This document shows, piece after piece, positions 8,715-18,117 of a stretch of 18,657 nt of DNA (position 1 is its first letter; each line of letters opens with the position of its first letter). A program made the translations under genes and the position numbers. A model generated the notes under the pieces. The model saw nothing but the letters and a program-made list of their open reading frames with translations. It ran no database searches and had not been told where the DNA came from. The DNA is from a virus (Duplodnaviria; Heunggongvirae; Uroviricota; Caudoviricetes): positions 1 to 18,657 of IMG/VR virus record IMGVR_UViG_2529293015_000004; one strand, 5' to 3'.

Positions 8715-9913
8715 GCGAGTTAAGTTATCTGGAAAAATTGCTGGATGGGATTGAGGTTGAGTGGAAAACACTAGGCAGTATAGCTGAACTAAAGCGAGGC
8801 ACATCAATTACAAAAAAAGATGTTATTGATGGAACCATCCCCGTAGTCGCTGGCGGACGTACACCAGCTTATTATCATAATACTAGTAATCGCGACGGAC
8901 AAACAATTGTTATCGCAGGTTCTGGTGCGTATGCGGGATTCGTTAGTTGGTGGGAGGAACCAATTTTCGTATCGGATGCATTTACTGTAAAACCTCATAA
9001 TATTTTGTTACCACGATATTGCTATCATTTTTTGATGAATATGCAACAACAACTCCATGAGTTTAAGAGTGGTGGTGGTGTTCCGCATGTTTATCCACGT
9101 GATGTATCACCTATTTTGATACCAATCCCCTGCCCGGATACCCCAGAAAAATCCCTTGCCATCCAGTCTGAAATCGTGCGGATTCTGGATAAATTTACTG
9201 CACTTACCGCTGAGCTTACCGCTGAGCTTAACATGCGTAAAAAACAGTACAACTACTATCGTGACCAGTTGTTGAGTTTTAAAGAGGGTGAGGTTGAGTG
9301 GAAGACTTTGGGGGAAATTGGAGATTTTACATATGGATATGCAGCCAAAGCCATGGATTCAGGAGATGCCCGTTTCGTGAGAATTACTGACATAAATAAA
9401 GACGGGAAGCTATCGAAAGAAAACCCAATGTACGTTGAATTAAATGAGGAAAATGAGAAATATACCTTAGACAAAAATGATTTACTCATGGCAAGAACTG
9501 GGGCAACCTTTGGTAAAACAATGATTTTTGAAGAAGATTATCCAGCAGTATACGCTGGTTTTTTAATAAAGTTGAACCTAAATAAAACGATTATTAATGC
9601 CAAATATTACTGGCACTTTGCACAAAGTGATTTTTTTTGGGAACAGGCTAATAAATTAGTATCTGGTGGTGGGCAACCACAGTTTAATGCTAATGCACTG
9701 AAACAAGTCAGAGTACCTATTCCATACCCATCTCACCCTCAAAAATCTTTAGACGAACAGGGGCGTATTGTGGATATTCTGGATAAGTTTGATGCAATCG
9801 CAGCTTCCATCACCGAAGGTCTCCCGCGTGAAATCGAGTTGCGCCAGAAACAATACGAGTACTATCGTGATTTACTGTTCAGTTTCCCAAAACCTGAAAC
9901 TGTCAGTAATTAA
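8711..9913 (+). CDS. hsdS: Type I R-M specificity subunit HsdS (400 aa), two target-recognition domains
   Basis: Duplicated conserved regions (ILDKF...[15 protein letters not shown] and ILDKF...[15 protein letters not shown]); repeated EVEWKTLG at the start of each half; central TAELTAEL repeat. Confidence 0.85.
   Translation: MSELSYLEKLLDGIEVEWKTLGSIAELKRGTSITKKDVIDGTIPVVAGGRTPAYYHNTSNRDGQTIVIAGSGAYAGFVSWWEEPIFVSDAFTVKPHNILLPRYCYHFLMNMQQQLHEFKSGGGVPHVYPRDVSPILIPIPCPDTPEKSLAIQSEIVRILDKFTALTAELTAELNMRKKQYNYYRDQLLSFKEGEVEWKTLGEIGDFTYGYAAKAMDSGDARFVRITDINKDGKLSKENPMYVELNEENEKYTLDKNDLLMARTGATFGKTMIFEEDYPAVYAGFLIKLNLNKTIINAKYYWHFAQSDFFWEQANKLVSGGGQPQFNANALKQVRVPIPYPSHPQKSLDEQGRIVDILDKFDAIAASITEGLPREIELRQKQYEYYRDLLFSFPKPETVSN
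9203..9226 (+). repeat. Two tandem copies of 12-bp unit CTTACCGCTGAG (plus a 4-nt partial third copy to 9230) in the hsdS central conserved region, encoding LTAE-LTAE
   Basis: Read directly: cttaccgctgag cttaccgctgag ctta. Confidence 0.85.
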
Positions 9914-10034
9914 TTGACCGTTGCTACCGACCGGGCCACCTTAACATCCGGTCTGTATATAGACTATTTTTTACGCGCCGGAAGTCACTCTTAACGCCCT
10001 TCCGGCCCTTGCCAGACGGCACAAAGGATGCGCT

Positions 10035-13000
10035 ATGACTCATCAGACACACACCATTGCTGAATCCAATAACTTTATCGTCCTTGATAAGTACATCAAA
10101 GCTGAGCAAACAGGCGACAGCTATCAGAGCGAATCGGACCTGGAACGTGAACTAATTCAGGACCTGCGGAATCAGGGCTATGAATTTATACCCGTAAAAT
10201 CACAGTCAGCGATGCTGGCCAACGTTCGGGAACAGCTTCAGAACCTCAATGGTGTGGTGTTTAATGACAGCGAGTGGCGGCGTTTCACGGAGCAATATCT
10301 GGACAACCCGAGTGATGGTATTCTGGATAAAACCCGTAAAATCCATATCGACTATATCTGCGACTTTATTTTTGACGACGGGCGTCTTGAGAACATCTAT
10401 CTGATCGATAAAAAGAATCTCATGCGCAACAAAGTGCAGATTATCCAGCAGTTTGAACAGGCAGGTTCTCACGCTAACCGTTATGACGTAACTATCCTGG
10501 TTAATGGCTTGCCTCTGGTACAAATCGAACTGAAAAAGCGCGGCGTGGCGATTCGTGAGGCTTTCAACCAGATACATCGTTACAGTAAAGAGAGTTTTAA
10601 CAGCGAAAATTCCCTGTTTAAATATCTGCAACTGTTTGTCATTTCTAATGGCACCGATACCCGTTACTTTGCCAACACCACAAAGCGCGATAAAAATAGT
10701 TTTGACTTCACCATGAACTGGGCGAAATCAGACAACACGCTGATTAAAGACCTCAACGACTTTACCGCTACCTTTTTCCAGAAACATACTCTGCTGAATG
10801 TTCTGGTGAACTACAGCGTGTTTGACAGTAGTCAGACGCTACTGGTGATGCGACCGTACCAGATTGCAGCTACCGAACGAATCTTATGGAAAATCAACAG
10901 CTCCTATAAAGCGAAAAACTGGTCTAACCCCGAAAGCGGTGGCTTTATCTGGCACACCACTGGTTCCGGTAAAACACTGACCAGCTTTAAAGCCGCGCGT
11001 CTGGCAACTGAACTGGACTTTATTGATAAAGTCTTCTTCGTGGTCGACAGGAAAGACCTCGATTACCAGACGATGAAGGAATATCAGCGTTTTTCGCCAG
11101 ATAGTGTTAACGGCTCGGAAAATACAGCAGGTCTTAAACGAAATCTGGATAAGGACGATAACAAAATTATCGTCACCACTATTCAGAAACTTAATAACCT
11201 GATGAAAGCAGAAAGCGACCTGCCTGTATACAATCAGCAAGTGGTGTTTATATTTGATGAATGCCACCGCAGCCAGTTTGGAGAAGCGCAGAAAAACCTG
11301 AAGAAGAAATTCAAACGCTATTATCAGTTTGGTTTTACCGGCACACCTATTTTCCCGGAAAACGCTTTAGGCTCAGAAACAACCGCCAGCGTATTTGGTC
11401 GTGAATTGCATTCGTATGTAATTACCGATGCGATTCGTGACGAAAAAGTGCTCAAATTCAAGGTGGACTACAACGATGTGCGGCCACAGTTTAAGTCTTT
11501 AGAGACAGAAACTGACGAGAAAAAACTGAGTGCGGCTGAAAATCAGCAGGCGTTTCTTCATCCCATGCGTATTCAGGAAATCACGCAATATATCCTGAAC
11601 AACTTCCGCCAGAAAACCCACCGTACTTTCCCTGGTTCCAAAGGTTTTAATGCCATGCTGGCAGTAAGCAGCGTGGATGCTGCAAAAGCCTATTATGCGA
11701 CGTTTAAACGGTTACAAGAGGAAGCCGCTAATAAATCGGCTACCTATAAACCGCTGCGTATTGCGACAATCTTCTCCTTTGCCGCCAATGAAGAACAAAA
11801 TGCCATTGGTGAAATTTCCGATGAAACTTTTGATACCAGCGCAATGGACAGCAGTGCTAAAGAGTTTCTGGACGCTGCAATTCGTGAATATAACAGCCAT
11901 TTTAAAACTAACTTTAGCACCGACAGTAACGGTTTTCAGAACTACTATCGTGATTTAGCCCAGCGGGTTAAAAATCAGGATATCGATCTGCTAATTGTCG
12001 TGGGGATGTTCTTAACCGGCTTCGATGCTCCAACATTGAACACGCTATTCGTCGATAAAAACTTACGTTATCACGGCCTGATGCAGGCATTTTCCCGCAC
12101 TAACCGCATTTATGACGCCACTAAAACCTTCGGTAATATCGTCACTTTCCGGGATCTGGAACGCTCAACTATTGATGCCATAACGCTGTTTGGTGACAAA
12201 AACACCAAAAATGTGGTGTTAGAAAAGAGTTATACAGAGTATATGGAAGGCTTTACTGATGCTGCTACAGGTGAAGCTAAACGCGGCTTCATGACAGTAG
12301 TTTCAGAACTGGAACAACGGTTCCCTGACCCTACCAGTATTGAAAGTGAAAAAGAGAAGAAAGACTTCGTTAAACTGTTTGGCGAATACCTGCGTGCCGA
12401 GAACATCCTGCAAAACTATGATGAATTTGCCACGCTAAAAGCCCTGCAACAAATCGATCTTAGCGATCCTGTTGCGGTAGAAAAATTCAAAGCAGAACAT
12501 TATGTGGATGATGAAAAGTTCGCTGAATTGCAAACAATTCGTCTCCCTGCTGATCGCAAGATTCAGGATTATCGTTCTGCCTATAACGATATTCGCGACT
12601 GGCAGCGCCGTGAGAAAGAAGCTGAGAAAAAAGAGAAATCAACCACTGACTGGGATGACGTAGTTTTTGAGGTCGATTTGCTGAAGTCTCAGGAAATAAA
12701 CCTGGATTATATCCTTGGACTGATTTTCGAACACAACAGACAAAATAAAGGCAAGGGCGAAATGATCGAAGAGGTCAAACGCTTAATTCGTTCAAGTCTA
12801 GGGAACCGTGCTAAAGAGGGCCTGGTGGTCGATTTTATTCAGCAAACGAACCTGGATGATTTACCGGACAAAGCCAGCATCATTGACGCATTCTTTACGT
12901 TTGCTCAACGCGAACAGAAACGTGAAGCAGAAGCATTGATAAAAGAAGAAAATCTCAATGAAGAGGCGGCGAAACGCTATATTCGCACATCTTTAAAACG

Positions 13001-13151
13001 CGAATACGCCACCGAAAATGGTACAGGATTAAATGATACATTACCAAAACTTAGTCCGTTAAATCCGCAATATAAAACGAAAAAACAGACGGTTTTCCAG
13101 AAAATCGTCTCGTTTATTGAGAAGTTTAAAGGCGTAGGCGGAAAAATATAG
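10035..13151 (+). CDS. hsdR: Type I R-M restriction subunit HsdR (1038 aa)
   Basis: N-terminal PD-(D/E)xK-like region ([19 protein letters not shown]); helicase motifs [32 protein letters not shown]; separated from hsdS by 121 bp, consistent with its own promoter. Confidence 0.9.
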   Translation: MTHQTHTIAESNNFIVLDKYIKAEQTGDSYQSESDLERELIQDLRNQGYEFIPVKSQSAMLANVREQLQNLNGVVFNDSEWRRFTEQYLDNPSDGILDKTRKIHIDYICDFIFDDGRLENIYLIDKKNLMRNKVQIIQQFEQAGSHANRYDVTILVNGLPLVQIELKKRGVAIREAFNQIHRYSKESFNSENSLFKYLQLFVISNGTDTRYFANTTKRDKNSFDFTMNWAKSDNTLIKDLNDFTATFFQKHTLLNVLVNYSVFDSSQTLLVMRPYQIAATERILWKINSSYKAKNWSNPESGGFIWHTTGSGKTLTSFKAARLATELDFIDKVFFVVDRKDLDYQTMKEYQRFSPDSVNGSENTAGLKRNLDKDDNKIIVTTIQKLNNLMKAESDLPVYNQQVVFIFDECHRSQFGEAQKNLKKKFKRYYQFGFTGTPIFPENALGSETTASVFGRELHSYVITDAIRDEKVLKFKVDYNDVRPQFKSLETETDEKKLSAAENQQAFLHPMRIQEITQYILNNFRQKTHRTFPGSKGFNAMLAVSSVDAAKAYYATFKRLQEEAANKSATYKPLRIATIFSFAANEEQNAIGEISDETFDTSAMDSSAKEFLDAAIREYNSHFKTNFSTDSNGFQNYYRDLAQRVKNQDIDLLIVVGMFLTGFDAPTLNTLFVDKNLRYHGLMQAFSRTNRIYDATKTFGNIVTFRDLERSTIDAITLFGDKNTKNVVLEKSYTEYMEGFTDAATGEAKRGFMTVVSELEQRFPDPTSIESEKEKKDFVKLFGEYLRAENILQNYDEFATLKALQQIDLSDPVAVEKFKAEHYVDDEKFAELQTIRLPADRKIQDYRSAYNDIRDWQRREKEAEKKEKSTTDWDDVVFEVDLLKSQEINLDYILGLIFEHNRQNKGKGEMIEEVKRLIRSSLGNRAKEGLVVDFIQQTNLDDLPDKASIIDAFFTFAQREQKREAEALIKEENLNEEAAKRYIRTSLKREYATENGTGLNDTLPKLSPLNPQYKTKKQTVFQKIVSFIEKFKGVGGKI

Positions 13152-13230
13152 CCCAATTCGTGTTTTTCTTGCGGGTTCTTAATTAAACCCGCAAGAGCTC
13201 GTGGGGTTCCAAATGGCTAATATACTCCCC

Positions 13231-13317
13231 TTACCCATGCGCGACGATGCCGCCAAAAGTGATAGAGAACAGCCAGAAATAGATCGCGGCCATAATGATT
13301 TTGAATGCCGTGTTCAT
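13231..13317 (-). CDS. Candidate small hydrophobic peptide (28 aa, MNTAFKIIMAAIYFWLFSITFGGIVAHG)
   Basis: ATG preceded by AGGAG at 8-nt spacing; single predicted transmembrane-like helix; operator-like site and promoter-like elements ~85 bp upstream; below the ORF-track size cut-off. Confidence 0.3.
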   Translation of the reverse strand: MNTAFKIIMAAIYFWLFSITFGGIVAHG

Positions 13318-13345
13318 ATTTTCAGCTCCTGTGATTGATTGGATA

Positions 13346-13376
13346 CATGCCGCGTCTTGCGGCATGTTTTTATTTT
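13346..13376 (+). terminator. Rho-independent terminator (stem catgccgc/gcggcatg, loop gtctt, then tttttatttt); probably ends the hsdR transcript
   Basis: 8-bp perfect stem followed by a T-run on the plus strand, ~195 bp after the hsdR stop; lies in the 5' leader of the minus-strand peptide ORF. Confidence 0.5.
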
Positions 13377-13399
13377 CACTTTCTCTGTTTTAAAAATCA

Positions 13400-13416
13400 A
13401 GATTTATTAGGGCAAT
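13400..13416 (-). promoter_or_regulatory. C1-type operator-like site (15/17) overlapping the stop of the HAD-like gene, upstream of the small peptide ORF
   Basis: Plus strand agatttattagggcaat; on the minus strand ATTGCCCTAATAAATCT, followed 17 bp later by TAAAAC (possible -10). Confidence 0.4.
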
Positions 13417-13922
13417 TATTGTTGATGGAGAAGCGCATTTTCATACTCCCTGACCATTAACGTAAGTACGCCGTGTCTCCTGAAAACACGCGCCACTTCA
13501 ATCTTATCTTCCAGCGCGAACGCAATTTTACTTAGACCAATTTTCTTAAGGAGATCAATCTTTGCTGGGCCGTCATTTCTGTCATCGGTGGCAGGACGCA
13601 TAGATAGCAAAGGCTCAGCCCCATTTGTTACGTGCTTACGCAACCAAGCTCGTGTTTTATCCCTGGCTATCTCACAGCGCCCGGTTACAAACCAGAGCGT
13701 GTAAATGCCGGACAACTGGCGCACCATATCAATAACTGGAGTGATGGGAGCATCAGTGTCACAGGCAAGGTTAAACTCGTTCCAGTGCTCTGTTAATGCA
13801 CCTTTGCCAGGTGGTGGAAGTAAATGCAGCCTGTCTTCCGTTGCCTCTGATATCGTTCCATCAATATCTACTATGACGATGTACGGACGTTCCTGGTGTG
13901 CGTGTTTATTGAAAATACTCAA
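13416..13922 (-). CDS. HAD-superfamily phosphatase-like protein (168 aa)
   Basis: HAD motif I DIDGT near the N-terminus (IVIVDIDGTISE), downstream T and K motifs (FVTGR, KIDLLKK). Confidence 0.55.
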   Translation of the reverse strand: MSIFNKHAHQERPYIVIVDIDGTISEATEDRLHLLPPPGKGALTEHWNEFNLACDTDAPITPVIDMVRQLSGIYTLWFVTGRCEIARDKTRAWLRKHVTNGAEPLLSMRPATDDRNDGPAKIDLLKKIGLSKIAFALEDKIEVARVFRRHGVLTLMVREYENALLHQQ

Positions 13923-13994
13923 ATGCCCTCCTCATTGGACGAAAAAAATGCTGGTGGGCGCACTCCACCAGCATTAAAAGTGACACTGTAACTG

Positions 13995-15257
13995 TCAGCG
14001 AACATAAATAGTGCCGCCGTTCTCTTTTTCCCATGCATCGCTACGTGCATAGCAAACATCGAGAAGTCTTCTTGCCGCTGTTTCCTCTAAACCCAATTCG
14101 ACAACCAACTGCTCATGACGGCGGGTAACCACATCAAACAGGGTATGCAGCCCTTTAGCTGCCAGATCATCAATAAATTCCGGTTCGAACGGCAGCTCTG
14201 CCTCTGCCAACATAACCTCTTGCGCCCACTCAACTCGACGGACCAGTTCCGGGCGGCGGCTTTCCATCTCTTTACAGATCAATTCATGGAAGAACTCTAC
14301 CCAACCTTCCGGCTGGAACTCGCGGAAAATGGCCAACGGCTGGAAGTTTGGCATCAACCATTCGTTGATCCGGATATCAATGGCATAGCCCATGTCGCAG
14401 CAGAACTGATAAGCAAAGTCCAGCTTAGAAACGATATAAGGACGCTCGTTATTGAACTCTTTAGGCGATGAGATCCCATAAGCCAGGAGGCGCGGGAAGA
14501 AGGAGATTTGCCCTAACGTCGGATGAAGTTTGCTTGCAGGGAAACGGCGCTCAGTAATGCCATACATTTCCTTCTTGAGCGTCGCAAATTTGGCATTCTC
14601 ATTAACCAGCGCGGTAACCTCTGCTTTTTTATTAGCAAATGCCACGCGCGCCTCGCTTGCATCTTTAATAGTTTTTTTGAGCTGTTGGTTAAGGTCGGCG
14701 ACCTGCTTACGCAGTTCCTGTCGCTCGCTTTTAGCTTTGTTATAGCGTTTCTCAAGGTTAAAAGGATCAAGTTTCATGATCTCTTTATATTGAGATTTTA
14801 GCGTTGAAATCTGTGAGTTCCGCAGTTCAACCATCGCGGTCATTTCATTGAGTTTTGTTTCCAGCTCAATGCTTATACGTTCGGCATTATCAGCACGCTG
14901 GTTGGCGTCATGCGTCGCATCGTCGATCGCGTCCTGTTGCTGGCGTTTCAAATGTTCAATTTCCAGCTGAAGCTCTTCAATTTCTTTACCCTTCAGACCG
15001 AGATCCAACTGCATATTTTCAGCTGCATCTACCAGGGAGTTATGGCTATCAGCTTCTGCGTTATAAACATCAATAAGCTGTGCGTGAAGCATCTCCGCTG
15101 ACTGAACCGCATTATCAAAAAAACGTGCTGTGAGGTCATCACAACTAACGCGGCGTTGCGCGGCCCGGATGTTCTGGATAATGGCCGGGATACCGGCATT
15201 CAGGACATCAGGGATACATACATTTTCGATTGATTGGTTTTGTGCTGAAGTGCTCAT
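13995..15257 (-). CDS. Hypothetical protein (420 aa): long central coiled-coil-like region and a C-terminal domain of unknown function
   Basis: Long ORF translationally coupled to the upstream 72-aa gene (TGAaATG); heptad-like charged segments at roughly residues 80-220; no recognisable catalytic motif. Confidence 0.6.
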   Translation of the reverse strand: MSTSAQNQSIENVCIPDVLNAGIPAIIQNIRAAQRRVSCDDLTARFFDNAVQSAEMLHAQLIDVYNAEADSHNSLVDAAENMQLDLGLKGKEIEELQLEIEHLKRQQQDAIDDATHDANQRADNAERISIELETKLNEMTAMVELRNSQISTLKSQYKEIMKLDPFNLEKRYNKAKSERQELRKQVADLNQQLKKTIKDASEARVAFANKKAEVTALVNENAKFATLKKEMYGITERRFPASKLHPTLGQISFFPRLLAYGISSPKEFNNERPYIVSKLDFAYQFCCDMGYAIDIRINEWLMPNFQPLAIFREFQPEGWVEFFHELICKEMESRRPELVRRVEWAQEVMLAEAELPFEPEFIDDLAAKGLHTLFDVVTRRHEQLVVELGLEETAARRLLDVCYARSDAWEKENGGTIYVR

Positions 15258-15258
15258 T

Positions 15259-15477
15259 TCAAAGTTCCGTATTAGCTTGTGCTTCGGTCATTTTTCCTAA
15301 GTATGAAGGAGGAAGGACTACGCAATTTGTATCCAGTCCCTCACCTATGGCAGCCTGTAAAATTCTGGCTAAGGTGAGTCTCTTGTTGCGATACCTGGTG
15401 ATGACATGCCTGATACCGCCGGTCGGCGTAACAAAGGCGATCAGCCAGTAGTGATATTTCCGTCGGAATGGCCACAT
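15259..15477 (-). CDS. Hypothetical small protein (72 aa), first gene of an operator-controlled operon
   Basis: ATG preceded by AAGGTG at 5 nt; operator-like site immediately upstream; stop adjacent to the start of the 420-aa gene. Confidence 0.5.
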   Translation of the reverse strand: MWPFRRKYHYWLIAFVTPTGGIRHVITRYRNKRLTLARILQAAIGEGLDTNCVVLPPSYLGKMTEAQANTEL

Positions 15478-15490
15478 AGTGCACCTTGTA

Positions 15491-15507
15491 GATTGCTCTA
15501 ATAAAAA
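15491..15507 (+). promoter_or_regulatory. C1-type operator-like site (14/17: attgctctaataaaaaa)
   Basis: Directly upstream of the Shine-Dalgarno/ATG of the 72-aa gene; forms an inverted pair with the site at 15541-15557. Confidence 0.45.
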
Positions 15508-15527
15508 ACGTGATGAGTGTACATCAC
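15502..15527 (-). terminator. Rho-independent terminator (stem cgtgatg/catcacg, 6-nt loop, U6) ending the upstream operon
   Basis: On the minus strand the 7-bp perfect stem is followed by a run of 6 U; lies between the two operator-like sites. Confidence 0.5.
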
Positions 15528-15540
15528 GCTTTAAAAATAT

Positions 15541-15557
15541 GGAATTATTAGAGCAAT
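15541..15557 (-). promoter_or_regulatory. C1-type operator-like site (14/17), inverted relative to 15491-15507
   Basis: Plus strand ggaattattagagcaat; on the minus strand ATTGCTCTAATAATTCC, then a 17-bp spacer and TAAAGC. Confidence 0.45.
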
Positions 15558-15558
15558 A

Positions 15559-16260
15559 TTATTCTGATTCTCGCTCAAAAAATGAGCTGATAAGGGGAAG
15601 CCAATCCTCTGACACTTCGCGAGGTCGCGGTTTGCCGTGGAAAAAGATTATTCGGCAGTCTTTTGGTAATGCCCCATTCCCCCTGGAGTAACGCGCGCTC
15701 GCATATTTTGAACCAGGTTCCACAACATCGGCCTTGTAACTTACAAACCATCCTGGATACAGATCCTGAAATGCTGGTGTATCATCGCCCATAACCTTTC
15801 GTAAGAACCCCTGGTCACCCCAACACTCAGTAGTGACACAACGAGAAATCCAACCTTCCGGATCTTGCCAGAATGAACTCCAGATATGCGCTTTAACACT
15901 ATTTGGTATCCACAGGGCACCGCTGCCACGATATTGTGGATGGTAAAAATCCCTAAGCATGGTGAAGCTGGTTGGTGGATGCTCTAGGATTGGGCGTATA
16001 TCACCGGCAATAACCGTGTCCAAATCCAGATAGAACAGATCATCGGTTATATCCGGTCGGAACAACTCGATTTTCGCCCACCAGCCACGGCACTTTTGCC
16101 ACTGGTTGATCAATGGGACAACTTTGACGCCAGGTACATGTAAACGCTTCAGGTCTGTCAGGCAAATAATTTCATAGCCTTTTGGCAGTTGATTAACCAG
16201 CCACTGCACATCGGAAGCGTTATAGTCACCACCAGAGCGAAAAACTAAAGCAATCTTCAT
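15559..16260 (-). CDS. Putative GT-A fold glycosyltransferase-like protein (233 aa)
   Basis: DxD motif in a hydrophobic context ([13 protein letters not shown]) and a C-terminal FHGKPRP resembling the GT8 H-x-G-x-x-KPW region; ATGA coupling to the upstream phosphatase gene. Confidence 0.5.
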   Translation of the reverse strand: MKIALVFRSGGDYNASDVQWLVNQLPKGYEIICLTDLKRLHVPGVKVVPLINQWQKCRGWWAKIELFRPDITDDLFYLDLDTVIAGDIRPILEHPPTSFTMLRDFYHPQYRGSGALWIPNSVKAHIWSSFWQDPEGWISRCVTTECWGDQGFLRKVMGDDTPAFQDLYPGWFVSYKADVVEPGSKYASARYSRGNGALPKDCRIIFFHGKPRPREVSEDWLPLISSFFERESE

Positions 16261-16934
16261 TCTGCACCATCACCTTTCACTTTCATCAATGTCAGGTTTC
16301 CGCAAAATACGGCACCAGTGTCGATATACTGCTGATTCCAGAATGTCTTCGGGCTTTTCACCGGAGTGTGACCAAAGATAAAACGATCTGCGCCCGAAAT
16401 TTCGCCACCAATATCATCCATCGAATCACTGATACGCTCGCGCGCCCAGACAACGTTGAAAAGCGGCACCTCCTTACCGAATTGGTATTCATTATCCGGA
16501 TAGTCGGCATGGGCTATAACGATAGTTTCTTGCCCGGTGTTCAACTCAATGATATAGGGCAGACGCTTTACCAGCTCCACCAGCGCCCAGGCTAATATTT
16601 CCTGATCAGTGTCCAGCATGAAGAACCATTGTCCGCCATTCATTAGCCAGTTATTCACGTTGCCATCTGGACTTAACGCATCAATCATCAGCCGCTCATG
16701 GTTCCCCATCACTGCCCTGAACCAGGGCATCTGCAATAGTTCCAGACATTCGACATTTTCAGTACCGCGATCGATAAGGTCGCCGACCGATATCAGTAAA
16801 TCCTGCGCCGGGTCAAAATCCACACGATGGAGTTCGGACATCAGTCTGGTGTAGCAACCATGCAGATCACCAACAACCCAGACATTCCTGTATTTGGTAC
16901 CGTCGATACGGTGATAAATTGTGGGTGCCATCAT
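16257..16934 (-). CDS. ppp: Lambda-type Ser/Thr protein phosphatase (metallophosphoesterase), about 225 aa
   Basis: Motifs GDLHG, GDLIDRG, GNHE; the likely start is one of the tandem ATGs at 16934/16931, which overlap the upstream gene's TGA (ATGATGG). Confidence 0.85.
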   Translation of the reverse strand: MMAPTIYHRIDGTKYRNVWVVGDLHGCYTRLMSELHRVDFDPAQDLLISVGDLIDRGTENVECLELLQMPWFRAVMGNHERLMIDALSPDGNVNNWLMNGGQWFFMLDTDQEILAWALVELVKRLPYIIELNTGQETIVIAHADYPDNEYQFGKEVPLFNVVWARERISDSMDDIGGEISGADRFIFGHTPVKSPKTFWNQQYIDTGAVFCGNLTLMKVKGDGAE

Positions 16935-17557
16935 GTATTCTTCAGCCATTCTTTAAGAGTCATCTGCGGAATACCTCCCATTTTCCCGCATGAAACAACG
17001 TCAATCCGTTCACGCGCAGACTGGAATAACAAAGGCAGGTGACTTAGATTTTTTGGCGTGCCGCCGGAGTGAACGCGTGGTTCTTGTGTAGCGTCAACGC
17101 CCACCAGGGCGACATGTTTGAATCCGATATGGAAAGCCAGGTTCAGAGCACCATATGCACTATTGCCGCTGGCAATTTCATTCTCATCTTCGCAAAGTCC
17201 GAAATGAGCGGACCAGCGCCACGCCCACCACTCGGGAGAATTCGTATTTTTTGGCTCCATGCCGCGTTCAGCCACACGACGGAAGCACAGAACGCCATCT
17301 CTGACTTCACGTTCTTTAACATCGGGTAGTGCCATGCAATAACAAACACCACGGCGACGGCGGCCACGACCAACGCGCCGCATATTGTCTGGGGATGGAT
17401 CAAGGGTGAAAAAATAAGAAGCGCGGTTAAGCCAGTCGATGGCCCCATTGACCGCTATAATCGGCACTCCGCGCGGCGCAACAAAGTTTGCGGCGCTTGG
17501 GCCACTGCCGACGATAATAACGCGATCACTGCCTCTAAATTTATTCTTGGGAAACAT
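16931..17557 (-). CDS. Cst-II/MptE-like Rossmann-fold protein (208 aa), paralog B
   Basis: Motifs [27 protein letters not shown]...VALVGVD, paralleling sialyltransferase Cst-II (GNGPSL ... CN ... SG...LSGID) and MptE/DUF115-type proteins. Confidence 0.55.
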   Translation of the reverse strand: MFPKNKFRGSDRVIIVGSGPSAANFVAPRGVPIIAVNGAIDWLNRASYFFTLDPSPDNMRRVGRGRRRRGVCYCMALPDVKEREVRDGVLCFRRVAERGMEPKNTNSPEWWAWRWSAHFGLCEDENEIASGNSAYGALNLAFHIGFKHVALVGVDATQEPRVHSGGTPKNLSHLPLLFQSARERIDVVSCGKMGGIPQMTLKEWLKNT

Positions 17558-18117
17558 TGAATTGCACTGCTCCTACTTGCATTCAAAATATGTAAATCTG
17601 CGTGTTTTTTGCGGGTATCCAGGAACTGCTGTTGCCATTTTGAAATAGACACCTGCGTTGGATTCCGTAGTGCTTGAGGGTGCGCGCCATGCCAATGAAG
17701 GCCGTTTTGCAGAGAACAGTCATAGCCGACTAATACCACTACTTCAGCCCCTGATTCAGCAGCCAGACTGATAGCCTGCGCGCCGCTATTTACCCCTTCC
17801 GCCGGTCCACAATATCGCCTGTACTCCAACGAAAATGATTTCGCCGCCGCCAGGTTGGCTGTCACTTTGCGGAATCTCCCTCCCGGTATGGTGGATCCGT
17901 ATTGCTTCCACCATGACAAATCACCGGCGTATAAGGCATAAATGTCATCGAACATCTGCCAGGAATTGTTAACCGCGATGATTGAACAGCCAGTTTTTTC
18001 TATAGCAGCACAGTCCTCACGAGTGAGTGACGGACCGCTACCGACACAAAAAACAGTCCTAGTCGCCCTGGGTGGTATGTTCATTCTCAGCTGCAAATTC
18101 AGCCTCCAGGCGAGCAT
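17455..18117 (-). CDS. Cst-II/MptE-like Rossmann-fold protein, paralog A (start uncertain: 18117 or internal ATG at 18084)
   Basis: Motifs VFCVGSGPSL, IIAVNN, NSGAQAISLAAESGAEVVVLVGYD; overlaps paralog B by about 100 nt. Confidence 0.55.
   Translation of the reverse strand: MLAWRLNLQLRMNIPPRATRTVFCVGSGPSLTREDCAAIEKTGCSIIAVNNSWQMFDDIYALYAGDLSWWKQYGSTIPGGRFRKVTANLAAAKSFSLEYRRYCGPAEGVNSGAQAISLAAESGAEVVVLVGYDCSLQNGLHWHGAHPQALRNPTQVSISKWQQQFLDTRKKHADLHILNASRSSAIQCFPRINLEAVIALLSSAVAQAPQTLLRRAECRL

Noticed and set aside
8307-8807. 166-aa minus-strand ORF spanning the hsdM/hsdS junction
   Set aside because: Lies antisense to two well-supported overlapping genes; no ribosome-binding site noted; treated as a shadow ORF.
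10206-11267. Minus-strand ORFs of 141 and 127 aa inside hsdR
   Set aside because: Antisense to the helicase-motif-bearing HsdR frame; shadow ORFs.
13165-13193. Hairpin cttgcgggtt/aacccgcaag just after hsdR as its terminator
   Set aside because: The T-run precedes rather than follows the stem on the plus strand and an A-run follows it on the minus strand, so it is not a canonical intrinsic terminator on either strand; the hairpin at 13346-13376 is the better candidate.
6976-13415. Insertion-sequence or transposon borders flanking the hsd cassette
   Set aside because: No transposase ORF, terminal inverted repeats or flanking direct repeats were found by eye; the acquisition mechanism is unresolved.
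14115-15101. Several plus-strand ORFs (63-118 aa) inside the 420-aa gene
   Set aside because: All lie antisense within one long minus-strand ORF that is translationally coupled to its neighbours.
15479-15691. 70-aa plus-strand ORF
   Set aside because: Covers the operator/terminator region and runs antisense into the GT-A-like gene; no convincing ribosome-binding site.
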